Shown in pieces: positions 49,906-63,355 of a DNA stretch of 64,000 bases (its first letter is position 1; every line of letters begins with the position of its first letter). This DNA comes from Mobula hypostoma. Its lineage: Eukaryota. The stretch spans positions 37,884,001 to 37,948,000 of the forward strand of contig NC_086109.1 of assembly GCF_963921235.1 (NCBI RefSeq), given 5' to 3'. Both the position numbers and the translations under genes were made by a program. The notes under the pieces were generated by a model. The model was not told the origin of the DNA, did no database searches, and saw only the letters and a list, made by a program, of their open reading frames with translations.

Positions 49906-50459
49906 AAGCATTCATAAAGGTAGCTTTGGCGATTTCAATTTTGCTAATAAACATATCAATTATGGTGGGCAATGCTATGTGTTCCAAATTGCCATGCCCT
50001 ACAAAAGCTATAGATGTAAGTTCATAATTTTTTTCTTCTACAACCAAATTATTGTTTACTACCATTTTAAATAACAATATTCCTTTCATCTTAAGCCAGA
50101 AAGTACAAAGAATGATTTATAAGCAGGATTGGAACAAATATACTTATTTCTAAATAAAGATAGTTAACCATGATTATCCTTCCTTTCTTCCATAAGGCTG
50201 GATCAAACAATACTACTTTGATGTGGTTATCTCCTGCCTTTGACATTACAAGTGCTCCTCACCACAAGATGATTCTGTTTTCTGGTGAATACATTCCCAG
50301 AATCATCCAGTCTACTCGGATTATCTATTACCAGTTGTTTTTCAATTATCTATACTATCCAACCCCAATTACAGATATCTATGCCATTTTGCTTTTGCAC
50401 AGACCCGTCTGTGGAGCTAGCTCCTCATTATACAATACGAAACTATTTAATAATAATAT

Positions 50460-50668
50460 GATTGTTGTTGCTCCTCTCCACACCTTGGGGTGCACTGGTG
50501 GCAACCTGCTACCTCTTCAACGTTTTGTTCTGTTTTTTACCGGGCTGCCTTGCGTGCTCAATGGTCAACCCAGCACAGATGGAAAGCGTGCAAGGAGCCA
50601 GCCAGATTCGAACCCAGGACCACTCGCCTTGAAATCCAGTGTGTATGCCACTACACCACCAGCCAGCT
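50460..50668 (-). mobile_element. tRNA-derived SINE (family C) with (CAA)n tail
   Basis: Minus strand gctggctggtggtgtagtggc (A box) ... gggttcgaatc (B box) ... gagcaacaacaat. Confidence 0.7.
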
Positions 50669-50714
50669 AAATAATAAAGTAAGGGTGTTGGTTGTATGTC
50701 CAGAGACCTAAGCC

Positions 50715-51190
50715 TCGGGGCCAGCTCTCTGGGTGCAGAGCTCAGAAAAAGCGATGCAACAGACTTTTAACTTCATAAATCAGCGAGTTGTTTGTTACGT
50801 CTCCCCTCTCACTGTGAAACAGGGACACCTCTTTTTCCCTTAATATGGAGAGAGAGAGAGCCTGTGGTATATCGAATTACCGGGTCTTTGGGGTACTGCA
50901 AGTCCGTGTCTTTATTGATGCTTTGCTGCACACTTGAGTGCTCAGTGAGGGGGGGCCGATGCCTTTTTGCTGGTGGGGGAGGGAAGTGTTTGTTGCCTTG
51001 CTGCTGCTTGTGTGTACGAAGGGGCAGCTGGGGGGGGGTGCTTTCAGGTTCTAACATTTAACTGTCATTCATTCTTAGGGGCATTCCTCTGTTTTGGTGG
51101 ATTTTTGCGAAGAAAAAGAATTTCAGAATGTATATTATATACATTTCTCTGACATTATATGTACCTATTGAACCTACCTATTGACCTATT
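50715..51190 (+). mobile_element. Non-autonomous retroposon remnant with (CCTATTGA) tail
   Basis: GC-richer body ending atgtacctattgaacctacctattgacctatt. Confidence 0.5.
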
Positions 51191-51368
51191 AATAAATGAT
51201 TGCAAATGTTTCAAATTTGCTTGAATTGTTTTATATAGGAGTGTTTAGCTTTATAATATATTATTTGTACTATTTTTATCCGATAAACTTTGCAAAAGTT
51301 TGTAAACATCTGCTGCTGAGCAAAGCTATAAAACATGGCAGAGCAGTGCAAGTATTGACTAATACAAC

Positions 51369-52967
51369 CAACATACATCAAAGTTGCTGGTGAACGCAGC
51401 AGGCCAAGCAGCATCTATAGGAAGAGGCGCAGTCGACGTTTCAGGCCGAGACCCTTCGTCAGGACTAACTGAAGGAAGAGTGAGTAAGGGATTTGAAAGC
51501 TGGAGGGGGAGGGGGAGATGCAAAATGATAGGAGAAGACAGGAGGGGGAGGGATAGAGCCGAGAGCTGGACAGGTGATAGGCAAAAGGGGATACGAGAGG
51601 ATCATGGGACAGGAGGTCCGGGAAGAAAGACGGGGGGGGGGTGACCCAGAGGATGGGCAAGAGGTATATTCAGAGGGACAGAGGGAGAAAAAGGAGAGTG
51701 AGAGAAAGAATGTGTGCATAAAAATGAGTAACAGATGGGGTACGAGGGGGAGGTGGGGCCTTAGCGGAAGTTAGAGAAGTCGATGTTCATGCCATCAGGT
51801 TGGAGGCTACCCAGACGGAATATAAGGTGTTGTTCCTCCAACCTGAGTGTGGCTTCATCTTTACAGTAGAGGAGGCCGTGGATAGACATGTCAGAATGGG
51901 AATGGGATGTGGAATTAAAATGTGTGGCCACTGGGAGATCCTGCTTTCTCTGGCGGACAGAGCGTAGATGTTCAGCAAAGCGGTCTCCCAGTCTGCGTCG
52001 GGTCTCACCAATATATAAAAGGCCACATCGGGAGCACCGGATGCAGTATATCACCCTAGTCGACTCACAGGTGAAGTGATGCCTCACCTGGAAGGACTGT
52101 TTGGGGCCCTGAATGGTGGTAAGGGAGGAAGTGTAAGGGCATGTGTAGCACTTGTTCCGCTTACACGGATAAGTGCCAGGAGGGAGATCAGTGGGGAGGG
52201 ATAGGGGGGACGAATGGACAAGGGAGTTGTGTAGGGAGCGATCCCTGCGGAATGCAGAGAGGTGGGGGAGGGAAAGATGTGCTTAGTGGTGGGATCCCGT
52301 TGGAGGTGTCGGAAGTTACGGAGAATAATATGTTGGACCCGGAGGCTGGTGGGGTGGTAGGTGAGGACCAGGGGAACCCTATTCCTAGTGGGGTGGTGGG
52401 AGGATGGAGTGAGAGCAGATGTACGTGAAATGGGGGAGATGCGTTTAAGAGCAGAGTTGATAGTGGAGGAAGGGAAGCCCCTTTCTTTAAAAAATGAAGA
52501 CATCTCCCTCGTCCTAGAATGAAAAGCCTCATCCTGAGAGCAGATGCGGAAGAGACGGAGGAATTGCGAGAAGGGGATGGCGTTTTTGCAAGAGACAGGG
52601 TGAGAAGAGGAATAGTCCAGATAGCTGTGAGAGTCAGTAGGCTTATAGTAGACATCAGTGGATAAGCTGTCTCCAGAGACAGAGACAGAAAGATCTAGAA
52701 AGGGGAGAGAGGTGTCGGAAATGGACCAGGTAAACTTGAGGGCAGGGTGAAAGTTGGAGGCAAAGTTAATAAAGTCAACGAGCTCTGCATGCGTGCAGGA
52801 AGCAGCGCCAATGCAGTCATCGATGTAGCGAAGGAAAAGTGGGGGACAGATACCAGAATAGGCACGGAACATAGATTGTTCCACAAACCCAACAAAAAGG
52901 CAGGCATAGCTAGGACCCATACGGGTGCCCATAGCTACACCTTTAGTTTGGAGGAAATGGGAGGAGC
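51369..52967 (-). mobile_element. Penelope-like element: partial RT + GIY-YIG endonuclease + pseudo-LTR
   Basis: GVAMGTRMGPSYACLF...RYIDDC (RT) and VIYCIRCSRCGLLYIGET...RFAEH...MNIDFSNFR (GIY-YIG). Frameshifts near 52200-52265. Confidence 0.93.
51431..51466 (-). ncRNA. Minimal type I hammerhead ribozyme motif (identical to 8810-8845)
   Basis: Reverse complement is agtcctgacgaagggtctcggcctgaaacgtcgact. Confidence 0.75.
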
Positions 52968-53792
52968 AAACCACTCTGCTCCATCTAGCGGAATTAGTCC
53001 TTACTCTTAATAATTTCTCCTTTTGCTCCTCCCATTTCCTGGTTTAGATCTCATCCTGTCCTGGTGATTTATAAATTCCTCTGCTTTCCATGACATCCAT
53101 CATCTTCTTGCTGCTGACTATGAATCCACTCCCGCCCCCCAAACGTCTAAGGACTTCTCCTTGATTAATACAGATGTATTTTAGGAACTTACCCATAGTA
53201 GCTCTCTCTACACACAGATGAACGCTTTGGTCCCTGGGTAACCTGTTGTTTCTTCTATAGAATGGTTTGGGATACTACTTAATGCTACTGATGAAGGATA
53301 ATTCATGGTGCTTCTTTGCCTTCCTTTTCCTTCTTACATACCTATATTCCTCAAGGCTCACTCGATTCCAGTTGCCTATAATCTATCATATTCTTTCATA
53401 TCTATCATATCATATATCAATTTTTCCCAATCAAACCTTAAATGTCCTTTGTCACCCAAGGATCCTTAATCATACCATATTTGCCTTTCATCCTAAACTG
53501 AATATGCTGACCCTGAATTCTTACTAATTCCCTTTTAAAAGACTTCCACTTGTCAAATGTTGAGTTACCAGCAAGCACTGGTTCTCAATCGACTTTCACC
53601 AGCTCTTCTCTTACACTATTGAATTTTACCTTCCCCCAGTTTAGAGCCTTTGCTCAAGGACTAAACTTATCCCATTCCATAACTATCTGGCAACGTACAG
53701 AAATACGGGTACTATTCCCAAAGTGTACTCCTGCCTTCCCAGTTTAATTACCTAAAATGTCATTGACTATTACTTGTCTCTATTAGGACCAT

Positions 53793-54084
53793 GGCCAAGT
53801 GGTTAAGGCATCGGTCTAGTGATCTGAAGGTCACTAGTTCGAGCCTCAGCTAAGGCAGCGTGTTGTGTCTTTGAGCAAGGCACTTAACCACACATTGCTC
53901 TGCAATGACACGGGTGCCAAGCTGTATCAGCCCTAGTGCCCTTTCCTTGGACAATATTGGTGGCGTGGAGAGGGGAGACTTGCAGCATGGGCAACTGCTA
54001 GTCTTCCATACAACCTTGCCCAGGCCTGCGCCCTGGAAACCTTCCAAGGCGAAAAATCCATGGTCTCATGGGACTAACGGATGC
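53793..54084 (+). mobile_element. tRNA-headed SINE family A, copy 3, inserted in an ancient antisense CR1 remnant (about 52990-55110)
   Basis: 13-bp TSD ctattaggaccat at 53780-53792 and 54085-54097. Confidence 0.88.
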
Positions 54085-54249
54085 CTATTAGGACCATAAA
54101 CCCCCCTTGAATTAATAAAGTAACATCTTTATAAAACGGGATATCCATGTTGCCAATTGTCCCAAAAACCCCTCTTGGATACACTTAACAAATTTCATTT
54201 TATTAAAGTCCCTTGTATTAAAGCAAATCAAATCAATACTAGGAAAGTT

Positions 54250-54906
54250 TTTGTGAAGAAAGCTTTTGGTATGCTGGCCTTTATTAATCAGAGCATTGAG
54301 TATAGGAGTTGGGATGTAATGTTGAAATTGTATAGGGCATTGGTAAGGCCAAATTTGGAGTATTGTGTACAGTTCTGGTCACTGAATTATAAGAAAGATG
54401 TCAATAAAATTGAGAGAGTGCAGAGGAGGTTTACTAAAATGTTGCCTGGGTTTCATCTCCTAAGTTACAGAGAAAGGTTGAACAACTTAAGTCTTTATTC
54501 TTTGGAGCGTAGAAGGTTGAGGGGGGACTTGATAGAGGTGTTTAAAATTATGAAGGAGATTGATAGAGTTGATGTGGATAGGCTTTTTCCATTGAGAGTG
54601 GGGAAGAAACAAGAGGACATAAGTTGAGAGCTGAAGGACAGAAGTTTAGGGGTAACATGAGGGGGAACTTCTTTACTCAGAGAGTGGTAGCTGTGTGGAA
54701 TGAGTTTCCAGCAGAAGTGGTTGAGGCAGTTTCAATGTTGTCATTTAAAGTTAAGTTGGATAGGTATATGGACAGGAAAGGAATGGAGGGTTATGGGCTG
54801 AGTGCAGGTCGGTGGGACTAGGTGAAAGTAAGAGTTCAGCACGGACTAGAAGGGCCGAGATGGCCTGTTTCCGTGCTGTAATTGTTAGATGGTTATATGG
54901 TTATAT
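54250..54906 (+). mobile_element. CR1 LINE 3' portion
   Basis: VKKAFGMLAFINQSIEYRS...LVRPNLEYCVQFW...ERVQRRFTKMLPG. Tail ggttatatggttatat. Confidence 0.9.
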
Positions 54907-57279
54907 AAAGTTAAAATCCCTTACTACAGTAAAATGATTGCTCTTAGACCTTTATAAAATTCACTAATGCATTTGTTCCTCTATTCCCACTACTGGGAGC
55001 CTTAAGGTATAACCCCAGTGAAACAATCATCCCTCTTTCATTCCAAACTTCAAGCTAACAGCCTTATTGGATGATTTCTCCTGGATATCCACTGTACTAA
55101 ATGCGCTGAAATGCTCCTATAAAGTCTTTAGATTCTGCTGCTTCCAAAAGTGTTGAATGGAAGGACTCTTCAATTTTCTCATGAGTAATGTTCATCCTAA
55201 TTGTCACTAATTGGAAATAATTCAGCTAACTCAGTGAGAGACGCCACAGAATACATGGTACAACAATAGAAAATATCAACATCTGGACCAGTAGGATTCC
55301 CTTCTGATAATGTAGCTGAGGTGCGGGCATAGATACGATATCATGCTACCCTCGAGAGTGAACAATGCTGTTGTAGAGTGTCTGAGTTAAATAGCAATTA
55401 TCTTTTTAAATTAATGTATATTTGAGTAACTCACTATCCACAAAGTAAGTTAAAGGGAATTTGATATTGGATTCACAGATGTTCTTGAAAGGAGATAGTA
55501 AAAGAGTTTCGGGGAATCATTAGGAAAAGGAAATAACTGGCTGGTGCTTTCAATAAGCTGGCATTGGCTGTCTGAATTGCCTTCTGTTACACTCTATGAA
55601 TCAATGACTACACTCTTCTATCTTTGCAATTTCTTATAGTTTAGTTTATATCAATGCTAAAATACACAAATCAAATAGAATAGTAGAAAAGTAACGTCTT
55701 TATAAAACAGGATACCCATGTTGCTAATGCCTTGTGCACACATCAAATAACTGTGGAACACTTTATTAAGAGCAAACTATTTTCCAAATTGCAATAACAT
55801 TCAAATTGATATCCCCATAACTTGGTGGCTATTTTGTTTGCTTCTTGAGAACCAGTAGGAAGTGATCAACAAACACTGCCAAGGGGGATCTCTCTTCAGA
55901 CCAGTGTGCTTCACAGCACGCTATTGGCTTTTAGTTTCTGTATGGAATTTCACACTGTTAGCTAGCCATGAGAGGAAGTTTTTAAAAAAAGGCTGTCTTT
56001 GTGAAGCTGCCAGCAATGTTCATTGAGTCTTCTACAAGCCTTCTCAGTAAGGATGGAGCATTCGCAAAGACATTATAAGGAGGATTTTTAACTATTCTAT
56101 ACAGATTCTCACATATACCAGAAAATTATGGCAAAATGTTGAGAGGCACAAAATGTGTCATTTGGATGCCTGATTAGACTATTGTCCATGATTCCTTCAC
56201 TTGGTAGCTTTGTAAGCACATGAGTAGATTGTTGTCCCAGCTGCTGTTAATGCCTGACTGACTGGCATAGACTCATAATAACCTGAAATATTCCTCAAAA
56301 CACCTGATTTCAATGGCAAGTACCCGAAATCTGGTTATCTGATTCTTTAATGGTAACTTTAAAGTCAACACCCAGGCTAATACTAGTGAGATGCAAACAT
56401 CTAATGTTTCAACGCCAAGCAAGGACTCCAACTCTGATTGCATGTTGGGACAATCTGTAGAATCAATTCAGTTCACTTCACACTTGATGTGATTCATTGA
56501 ATAAAGTTAGGGAATACCAGGTTATAAAAACATCAAAGGAGCACTGTCTGATATATCACATTTTCTCTGAAGAGTGACATCACCCGAGCGGTGGGGGGTG
56601 AGGGGGGGTGGAGGTGAGGTGTAGGAATTTACAGAGAACATAAATAACATAATTAGATGCAGACACAGTCCATTCAGCCCCTTTTCCTTGCTCAACCATT
56701 TCATAATCTCAGCACTATTTTCCTCCACTCACTATAAATCTTGTTTCCTTTAATAGTCAAACATCTATTGATTTTAGTTTTGAATGTACTCAGAGGTGAA
56801 TTCCAAAGATTCACTACCATCTTAGTGAAGGCTTTTTTTTTTCTCATTTTAGTCCTGAATGGCTGACTGCCTCTTTTGAGACTGTTCTCAGGCATCTATG
56901 TAAAACTGACTTGATATACTGTGTAAAACAATATCACAAACCTTTCAATGATACATCTTTCCTCTGGAACATGCTTGATTATTGAATGTCATTTTAAATC
57001 AATCCTTAATTTGGTCAATCATAAATGTAATTGATAGATTGCAGACTTGTCATCTCAAAGTCTTCCAGTTCTCTGTCATGATTTGTGAAACCTTTCTTAG
57101 AAGAGAAGTCTGTTGGTGCATCAGTAATGATATAGAACAAAACCATCAACATGCAAAAGGGGTATTATTGCAGGTCATTAATGAAGAACACTTACTCATT
57201 CTGCTTTGAATAGATGCTTTGATATACTCGGACTCATATTCAGTGTAATCCATATAAAAATAATTTCTTTTTAACAGGA

Positions 57280-59277
57280 AAGGATTATAAGCAAGCACTC
57301 GTGAAACTGCACGATGTGGACATCAAGCAAGAAACAGCCCACTTGACACATTGCAAATCATAGTCGGTGACTTTAATCAGGCCTGTTTGAAGAAAACCCT
57401 GCCCAGTTAGCAGTAACATGTAACCTGGTACACCAGAGGTCCCAATACACTTGACCACTACTACACTATTTTAAGGAATGCTTATTGTTCCTTCCCGAGA
57501 CTGCATTTTGGCAAGTCAGATCATTTGGATCTGAGGAGGGAGGAGAAGATGGCAGCGCGACACAGCGCGCGCAGCCGTACCGAATGATATCGTATGTGTT
57601 AACTAGGTAGGGACCTTGCACAATCCTGATTTGATGGAGAGAGCTGTGAGAAGCACGGAGGAACACCTGGAGAAACTTCTGAAATGCCTGCTTCGCTGCC
57701 ACTACTACTGTGCGATTGAGAATCACTGGTTGGGAAGGCCCCAAACCCTTGGCTTTGCCTATTGCCTGTTGTTGGGGTGGGGTTGAAGTGCTCAGCAGAG
57801 ATGGTGCTCGGTGCTCGGTTTCGGACAGCTGGTCGGAGGCTCAGAGTTTTCGGACGGACTCGGAGTCGGACTGTGGTCGGATGCTTCCAGGAGGCTGCAT
57901 TGGCAAGTTGGCGTCGCTGGAGGTTCACCGTCTGCATGAGATGATGGGACTTTCGAGAGACTTTGAGACTTTTTACCATGCCCATGGTCTATTCTTTATC
58001 AAATTACGGTATTGCTTTGCACTGTTGTAACTATATGTTATAATTATGTGGTTTTTGTCAGTTTTTCAGTCGGTTTGTCATGTGTTTCTGTGATATCATT
58101 CTGGAGAACATTGTATCATTTCTTAATGCATGCATTATTAAATGACAATAAAAGAGGACTGCATGTCCTCATAATCTAATTTGGCTGTACTCTTACTACC
58201 TGCATACAGACAGAGCCTGAGGAGCAAGGCTCCAGAGATCAAGACAACTAAGAGGTGGTCACGGGAGGCAGAGGGACGGTTACAGGATTGCCTTGAGTCA
58301 GTGGACTGGGCCGTGTTCAAGAACCCATCTGAGGACCTGAATGACTACACCAGGGCCATTACAGACTTTATTTAGACAGCTGTGGATGAGTGTGTCCCCA
58401 CAAAATCGTTCAGGTTTTACATGAATCAGAAGCCCTGGATGAACAATGAAATCCAGAACTTGCTGAGAGCCAGATTAGAGGCATTCAAGTCTGGAGATGA
58501 AGTATGCTACAAAAGGTGCAGGTATGATCTCTGGAAAGCCATCACACAGGCGAAGTGGAGATGATGGACGAGACTGGAATCAACGAGGGATGCTCGCCAG
58601 CTGCGGCGGGGTTTGAATGTCATAACCTCTTACAAAGTTAAACCTTGTGATATAGAGAACAGCAGAGCTTTGCATCCAGATGAGCTCATGCCTTCTATGC
58701 TCACTTTGACCACCAGAACAGGGAGGAACCATTGCGTACCCCCATGTCTCCCGATGATCCTTTGGTCTCAGTATCTGAAGGTGACTTGTGGGTTGCCCTC
58801 AAGAGAGTGGATCCAAAGAAAGCTCATCCAGATGGAGTACCTGGCTGAGTGGTGAAGCCCCGTGCTGACCAGCTGGCTGGTGCATTCATGGATATCTTCA
58901 ACCTCTCTTCAAATACGTTTCAATCAATGCCCAAGAAGGGCATGATAACCTGTCTCAATGACTCTCGCCCAGTCGCACTTACATCCACAGTGATGAAGTA
59001 TTTTGAGAGACTGGGTTTTGAGCTACTGTCTGAGTGGCAACTTGGATCCGCTCCAGTTTGCCTACCAAAGCAACAGGTCCACAGCAGATTCATCCTCATT
59101 GGCTCTTCACACAACCCTGAAAAATCTGGATAGCAAAAATGTATATATCAGGATGCCCTTTATTGAACACAGCTCAGCACTTAATACCGTCATCCCCTCA
59201 AAATGAATCCGTAAACTCTAAGACCTGGCCCTCAATACCCCCTGGTACAATTGGATTCTCGATTTCCTCCCTGGTAG
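57280..59277 (+). mobile_element. Rex1/Babar-type LINE (APE end + RT start), degenerate; hosts the family-B element and the LTR element
   Basis: [60 protein letters not shown]. Confidence 0.85.
57529..58178 (+). mobile_element. Non-autonomous non-LTR element family B, copy 2
   Basis: Head gagaagatggcagcg, tail gtcctcataatcta. TSD atttgg at 57523-57528 and 58179-58184 splits host DH|LAVLL. Confidence 0.8.
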
Positions 59278-60138
59278 TGTTACGTACCCCGTAACTGGGT
59301 TGCCAAACCAGCAGAAATGGATCACTCAGTTGGAGTCTGGATTACTAGAACTAAGAAAGTTTTATTAAAGAAACAAGCAACACAGTACTCTAATCAAAAG
59401 GATAATGAATGCAACAGTTCAGCAATGATAAACATACATGTACACAGAATTAAGATAACAGGATCAATCAAGCTCTATCGTTGTCTAGGGGTAAATGACC
59501 AGTTTCAAAGTGACGCAAAGTTCAGTTCAATTTACTTCAGTTCAGTTCGCAGTAATCGCTGCCGTGGCGATGGACAGTGGGGGGAAGGAGAGAGAGAGAG
59601 CAAAACGTATGAATATTCAAGGCTTCCACACAGACCTTCGCAGTCAGCTTTTGGGCGAGTCCTTTGTGATGTCATCTGAGGTCACCGACCGTGACCCCTC
59701 CGTTTCCAGATACGATTGTTTCCCTGCGGTGAACCTGGCACCCAGGCAAGGATGGACACACACCAGGTTCCCGCCGATCGTACCTTTCCACCCTGTGCGT
59801 TTATGGCCCGGTACTTCCCACCGACTTGTAAGAGACGCACCGCTTCCAGGGTCTTGTTACCTCGGGTGTCGTGTGTGTGTACTGCCTTAGCGAACCTGTC
59901 CCTTTTTATCCCCCTTCTGGGGTATCGCCTGTCCATCACTTCAAACAGTTCAGGGTTCAAAGGGGGAGCCGATCTTGACAGCTCTCCTTCCCCTTCATTA
60001 ACATCTCCAAATGCTGCTCCATTGTTTTCCTTATCTCCCTCTCTCTCCTGAAGACAAGTGGGTGGCAGACCAACTGCTGATCCCACTGGTGCCAGCACAG
60101 GGCAGCTAACATCTTAATCTATGTGTATTCTCGTCACA
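59278..60138 (-). repeat. 3' LTR (861 bp)
   Basis: TGTTACG...CGTCACA termini. PPT aaaggggggaag (minus strand) at 60139-60150. Direct repeat of 63356-64000. Confidence 0.92.
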
Positions 60139-63100
60139 CTTCCCCCCTTTAAGGATTTTTACCCGGGGGTGAAAATTACAAACATGAATACATTATTTGA
60201 TACACAAATACACATCTTTATCAGCTATTTGGCTAATACAGCGAGTTTGAAGTTGTCAACACCTGACAGACAGTCAGCCATCACATTTCCTGTTCCTTTT
60301 ATATGTATTATTAATAATCCCTTAGACCAGGCTCCAATTTAGCAAACTTCATAGTGGCCAAAAACACTGATGAATTGCGATCAATGTAACCTCTCATTGG
60401 GTTTCGTCCCGGACCACAATAACAAGGGTCGTCCCATTCCGACTTAGTTTTCTGTCACAAGGTCTTAGTAGGAGGGGGAGGGATAGTGACCGCAGAGTTA
60501 TTGCAAAACTTCCTACAGTACCCCACCATCTCCAAGAGCCTTCTGAGGGCCCTCTTGTCTGTCGGGGTTGGGATGTCAGAGATAGCCCGCACTTTAGCTT
60601 GCATCGCTGCTAGCTGCCCCTGTGTCACCGCAATTCCCAGGTAAGTGACCTTCGTGTGGCCGAACTCATTTTTTTCAAGGTTCACTATCAAGCTGGCTTC
60701 AGACAGCCGTATTACATTGCCAATACACACCTCTGTGTTCGTCACCCTTTAGTCACTGAATTACTCATTCTATAGAAATGTTGCTCACTAGGCTTCCTAG
60801 TGTAACAAGCACCACCCAACGTCCCAGTTCTTTGCATCGCTTCGGGACAATCAAACACACGTGTGCGAGTCTTTTAATTACTTCTCCTAAAGAGTCGCTT
60901 TGTTCAGGGATTAAGGGAGAGACCTTATCAGCAGAGCTGGCCAAAACAATAGCCTTCTCCCATCTGGTTGATACCATACTCATCCTTTCAAAATGTTTTT
61001 TTTCTCTTATCAGGGGGACCCTAGCTTCATTGATTTCCGCGCTAACACTGACTAGGTTTGTTAGCATATCAAAAGTCTGTGACCGTCTTAGTTCACGTCG
61101 GCCATAATCAATAACATCCTCCCTCCTGGGCAGCTGGTAAACCTCTTTCATGATTCCACCGACTGTTTCCTCCAGCACCGCAAGATGTCCACCGGTGGGT
61201 ACCTTGTGGGCCAGGTTAAAAATCTCATCCCCATAACTCTTTTGCACCACCCCCCATTCCTCATCTGCGGGTACGGTACTTGGTCTCCCTTTCTTCCTTA
61301 GCACTTCCTCCTCCACACAATAGCCTACTAGTTCCCTTGTTAATTCTGTGTCTGAGGGAGCTGTCTCTGCCAAAACCATCAGCCCCTCGTCTCGCTCCTG
61401 CACCTGCACAAATTCTTTCCTGGCTAATGCTGTCTGTCTCAGCTCCCTCACTGCCTCTTGTTTCACTACACTCCTCCTTTTCACTTTCTACCCCCTTCTC
61501 GTACAAGGCTGGCAGAAACGTCTCAGCTAAATTTACTACCGCAGTCCCGTCATGAACCTGTGAGTCCATGGGCGGGGCCTCAATGCTGGCAGGCTGACCT
61601 GTCAATCTCACTGCTTCGAACACGATTCCCCCCACGAGGTCATTACCGAGCAAGACTTCCACGCCTTTCATCGGTAATTCGGACCTGACCCCGATCATGA
61701 CTAGTCCAGAGACCAGGTTGCTTTGTAAGCGTATCTGGTGGAAAGGGACGGCCTCTGTCCCTCCCCCAATACCTTTGACCTTGACCTCCCCAGTCTGGGT
61801 CTCTGAGCTAAACTCTAATACACTCTTCAGTATCAGTGACTGACACGCTCCTGTGTCTCTCCAGATCCGCACTGGAACTGGTTTTAACCCCTCCTTCATC
61901 GACACCAATCCGGCCGAGATAAACCTCTCGCTCCCTTCCTGAACTTTGGCAGACCTGTCCTTCCCTAGCGGTTCATTTACCAGCTCAATACAGCCAGTCA
62001 AAATCACCATTTTTCCTTTTCCCGTCTCCTTCTTTGGGGCAAAGCACCTGGACGCAAAGTGTCCGACTTTCTCGCAATTATAACAGACGACCCCAGGAGG
62101 CTTTTACCAGACTGCTCCCGATCTACCTTATCTTTCTCACTAGTCCCCGGCTTACTTTCTGCCTTTTCTGGCGGACTCGCCCCGCCGTCCTGACTACCCT
62201 TCTGGTAGCCTTTACTCGGAGCAAACTTCATTTTCTGCGTCAACGCATACTCATCCGCTAACTTAGCAGTTGCGGCTAACGTGGCTGCCTCTTTCTCATC
62301 TAGGTAGGGTCTCATACCCTGAGGGACACAACCTTTAAACTGCTCAACCACCTCCAGCAGTCTGTCATAATCCCCCTCTACCTCCTTCGAGGCGCACCAA
62401 CGCTCACAATATGTCTGCATCTCACAGGCAAACTCTAAATACGTGTGGTCCCACTGCTTCCTTGCATTCCGGAACCTCTGCCGGTATACCTCCGGGACCA
62501 ACTCATAAATCCTGAGGATGGCCTCTTTCACCACCTCGTACCTCTGGGCATCTTCTGCGGACAAAGCTGAGTAAGCTTGTTGGGCTTTCCCTTTCAGTAC
62601 ACTCTGAAGCAAAACAGCCCACTTATCCCTCGGCCAGTCCTGACTTATAGCCACTTTTTCGAAATGGAGAAGTACCGATCCACGTCGGTACCATCAAATG
62701 GGAGAACCAGCCTAACCTCCTGGGTCACCCGGAACCCTCCACCTTGGTTCGGCACGGGCCCCTGCTCGGCCCTTATCTTTAACTTCTCCAGCTCAAATTC
62801 CCTTTCCCTCTGCCCCTCTCTCTCTTCTCGCTCCCATTGCCCCTCTTTCTCTTTTCTCTCCAACTGTCTCTCTCTCTCTTTCTCCTGCCTTTCTAACTCT
62901 CTCTCTTGCCTTTCTAACTCTCTCTCCTTCTCTTCTCGCTCCAACTGTCTGTCCCTCTCTTTCTCTTCTCGCTCCAACTGCCATACCCGGAACTCGTGCT
63001 TGAGTCTCAGTTTTTTAAGCTGCACCTGTACCGCGTCTCCAGCAGGTTTTTCAATAGACACCACCTCCAGTTCGCCTTGAGGAAACACACCTTTAGATAC

Positions 63101-63332
63101 ATAGTGCTCTACGATAGCTCTGTGTATCTCCTCTCTCCTCATTGTCGACTTCCCCTTAGCAAGATTCAACCGTTTGGCCACAGCTACCAATTCCGATTTC
63201 CTGGCATCCTCTAATGCCTCCAAGGTCGGCGCCTTTATAAATTCCTCAGCCTCCATTTCTGCTGTTTGTCTTTTCTTTCTTTCGGGAATTTTGACCCAAT
63301 CAATTTACTCCGTCCTAAATTTAGCGTTCAAA

Positions 63333-63351
63333 ATCACGGACGAGAACCCCA
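63333..63351 (-). promoter_or_regulatory. Primer-binding site, tRNA-Pro-like
   Basis: Minus strand tggggttctcgtccgtgat, 4 nt from the 5' LTR, compared with canonical tRNA-Pro PBS TGGGGGCTCGTCCGGGAT. Confidence 0.7.
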
Positions 63352-63355
63352 CTTA

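Noticed and set aside
53793..53870. tRNA genes at SINE heads (also 15890, 22740 and 50590)
   Set aside because: They continue directly into SINE bodies, most bounded by TSDs, and no complete cloverleaf or terminator is evident.
62577..63080. Ser/Leu-rich plus-strand ORF and the many other short ORFs in the track
   Set aside because: These are antisense or off-frame shadows of TE sequence, or chance ORFs in intronic DNA.
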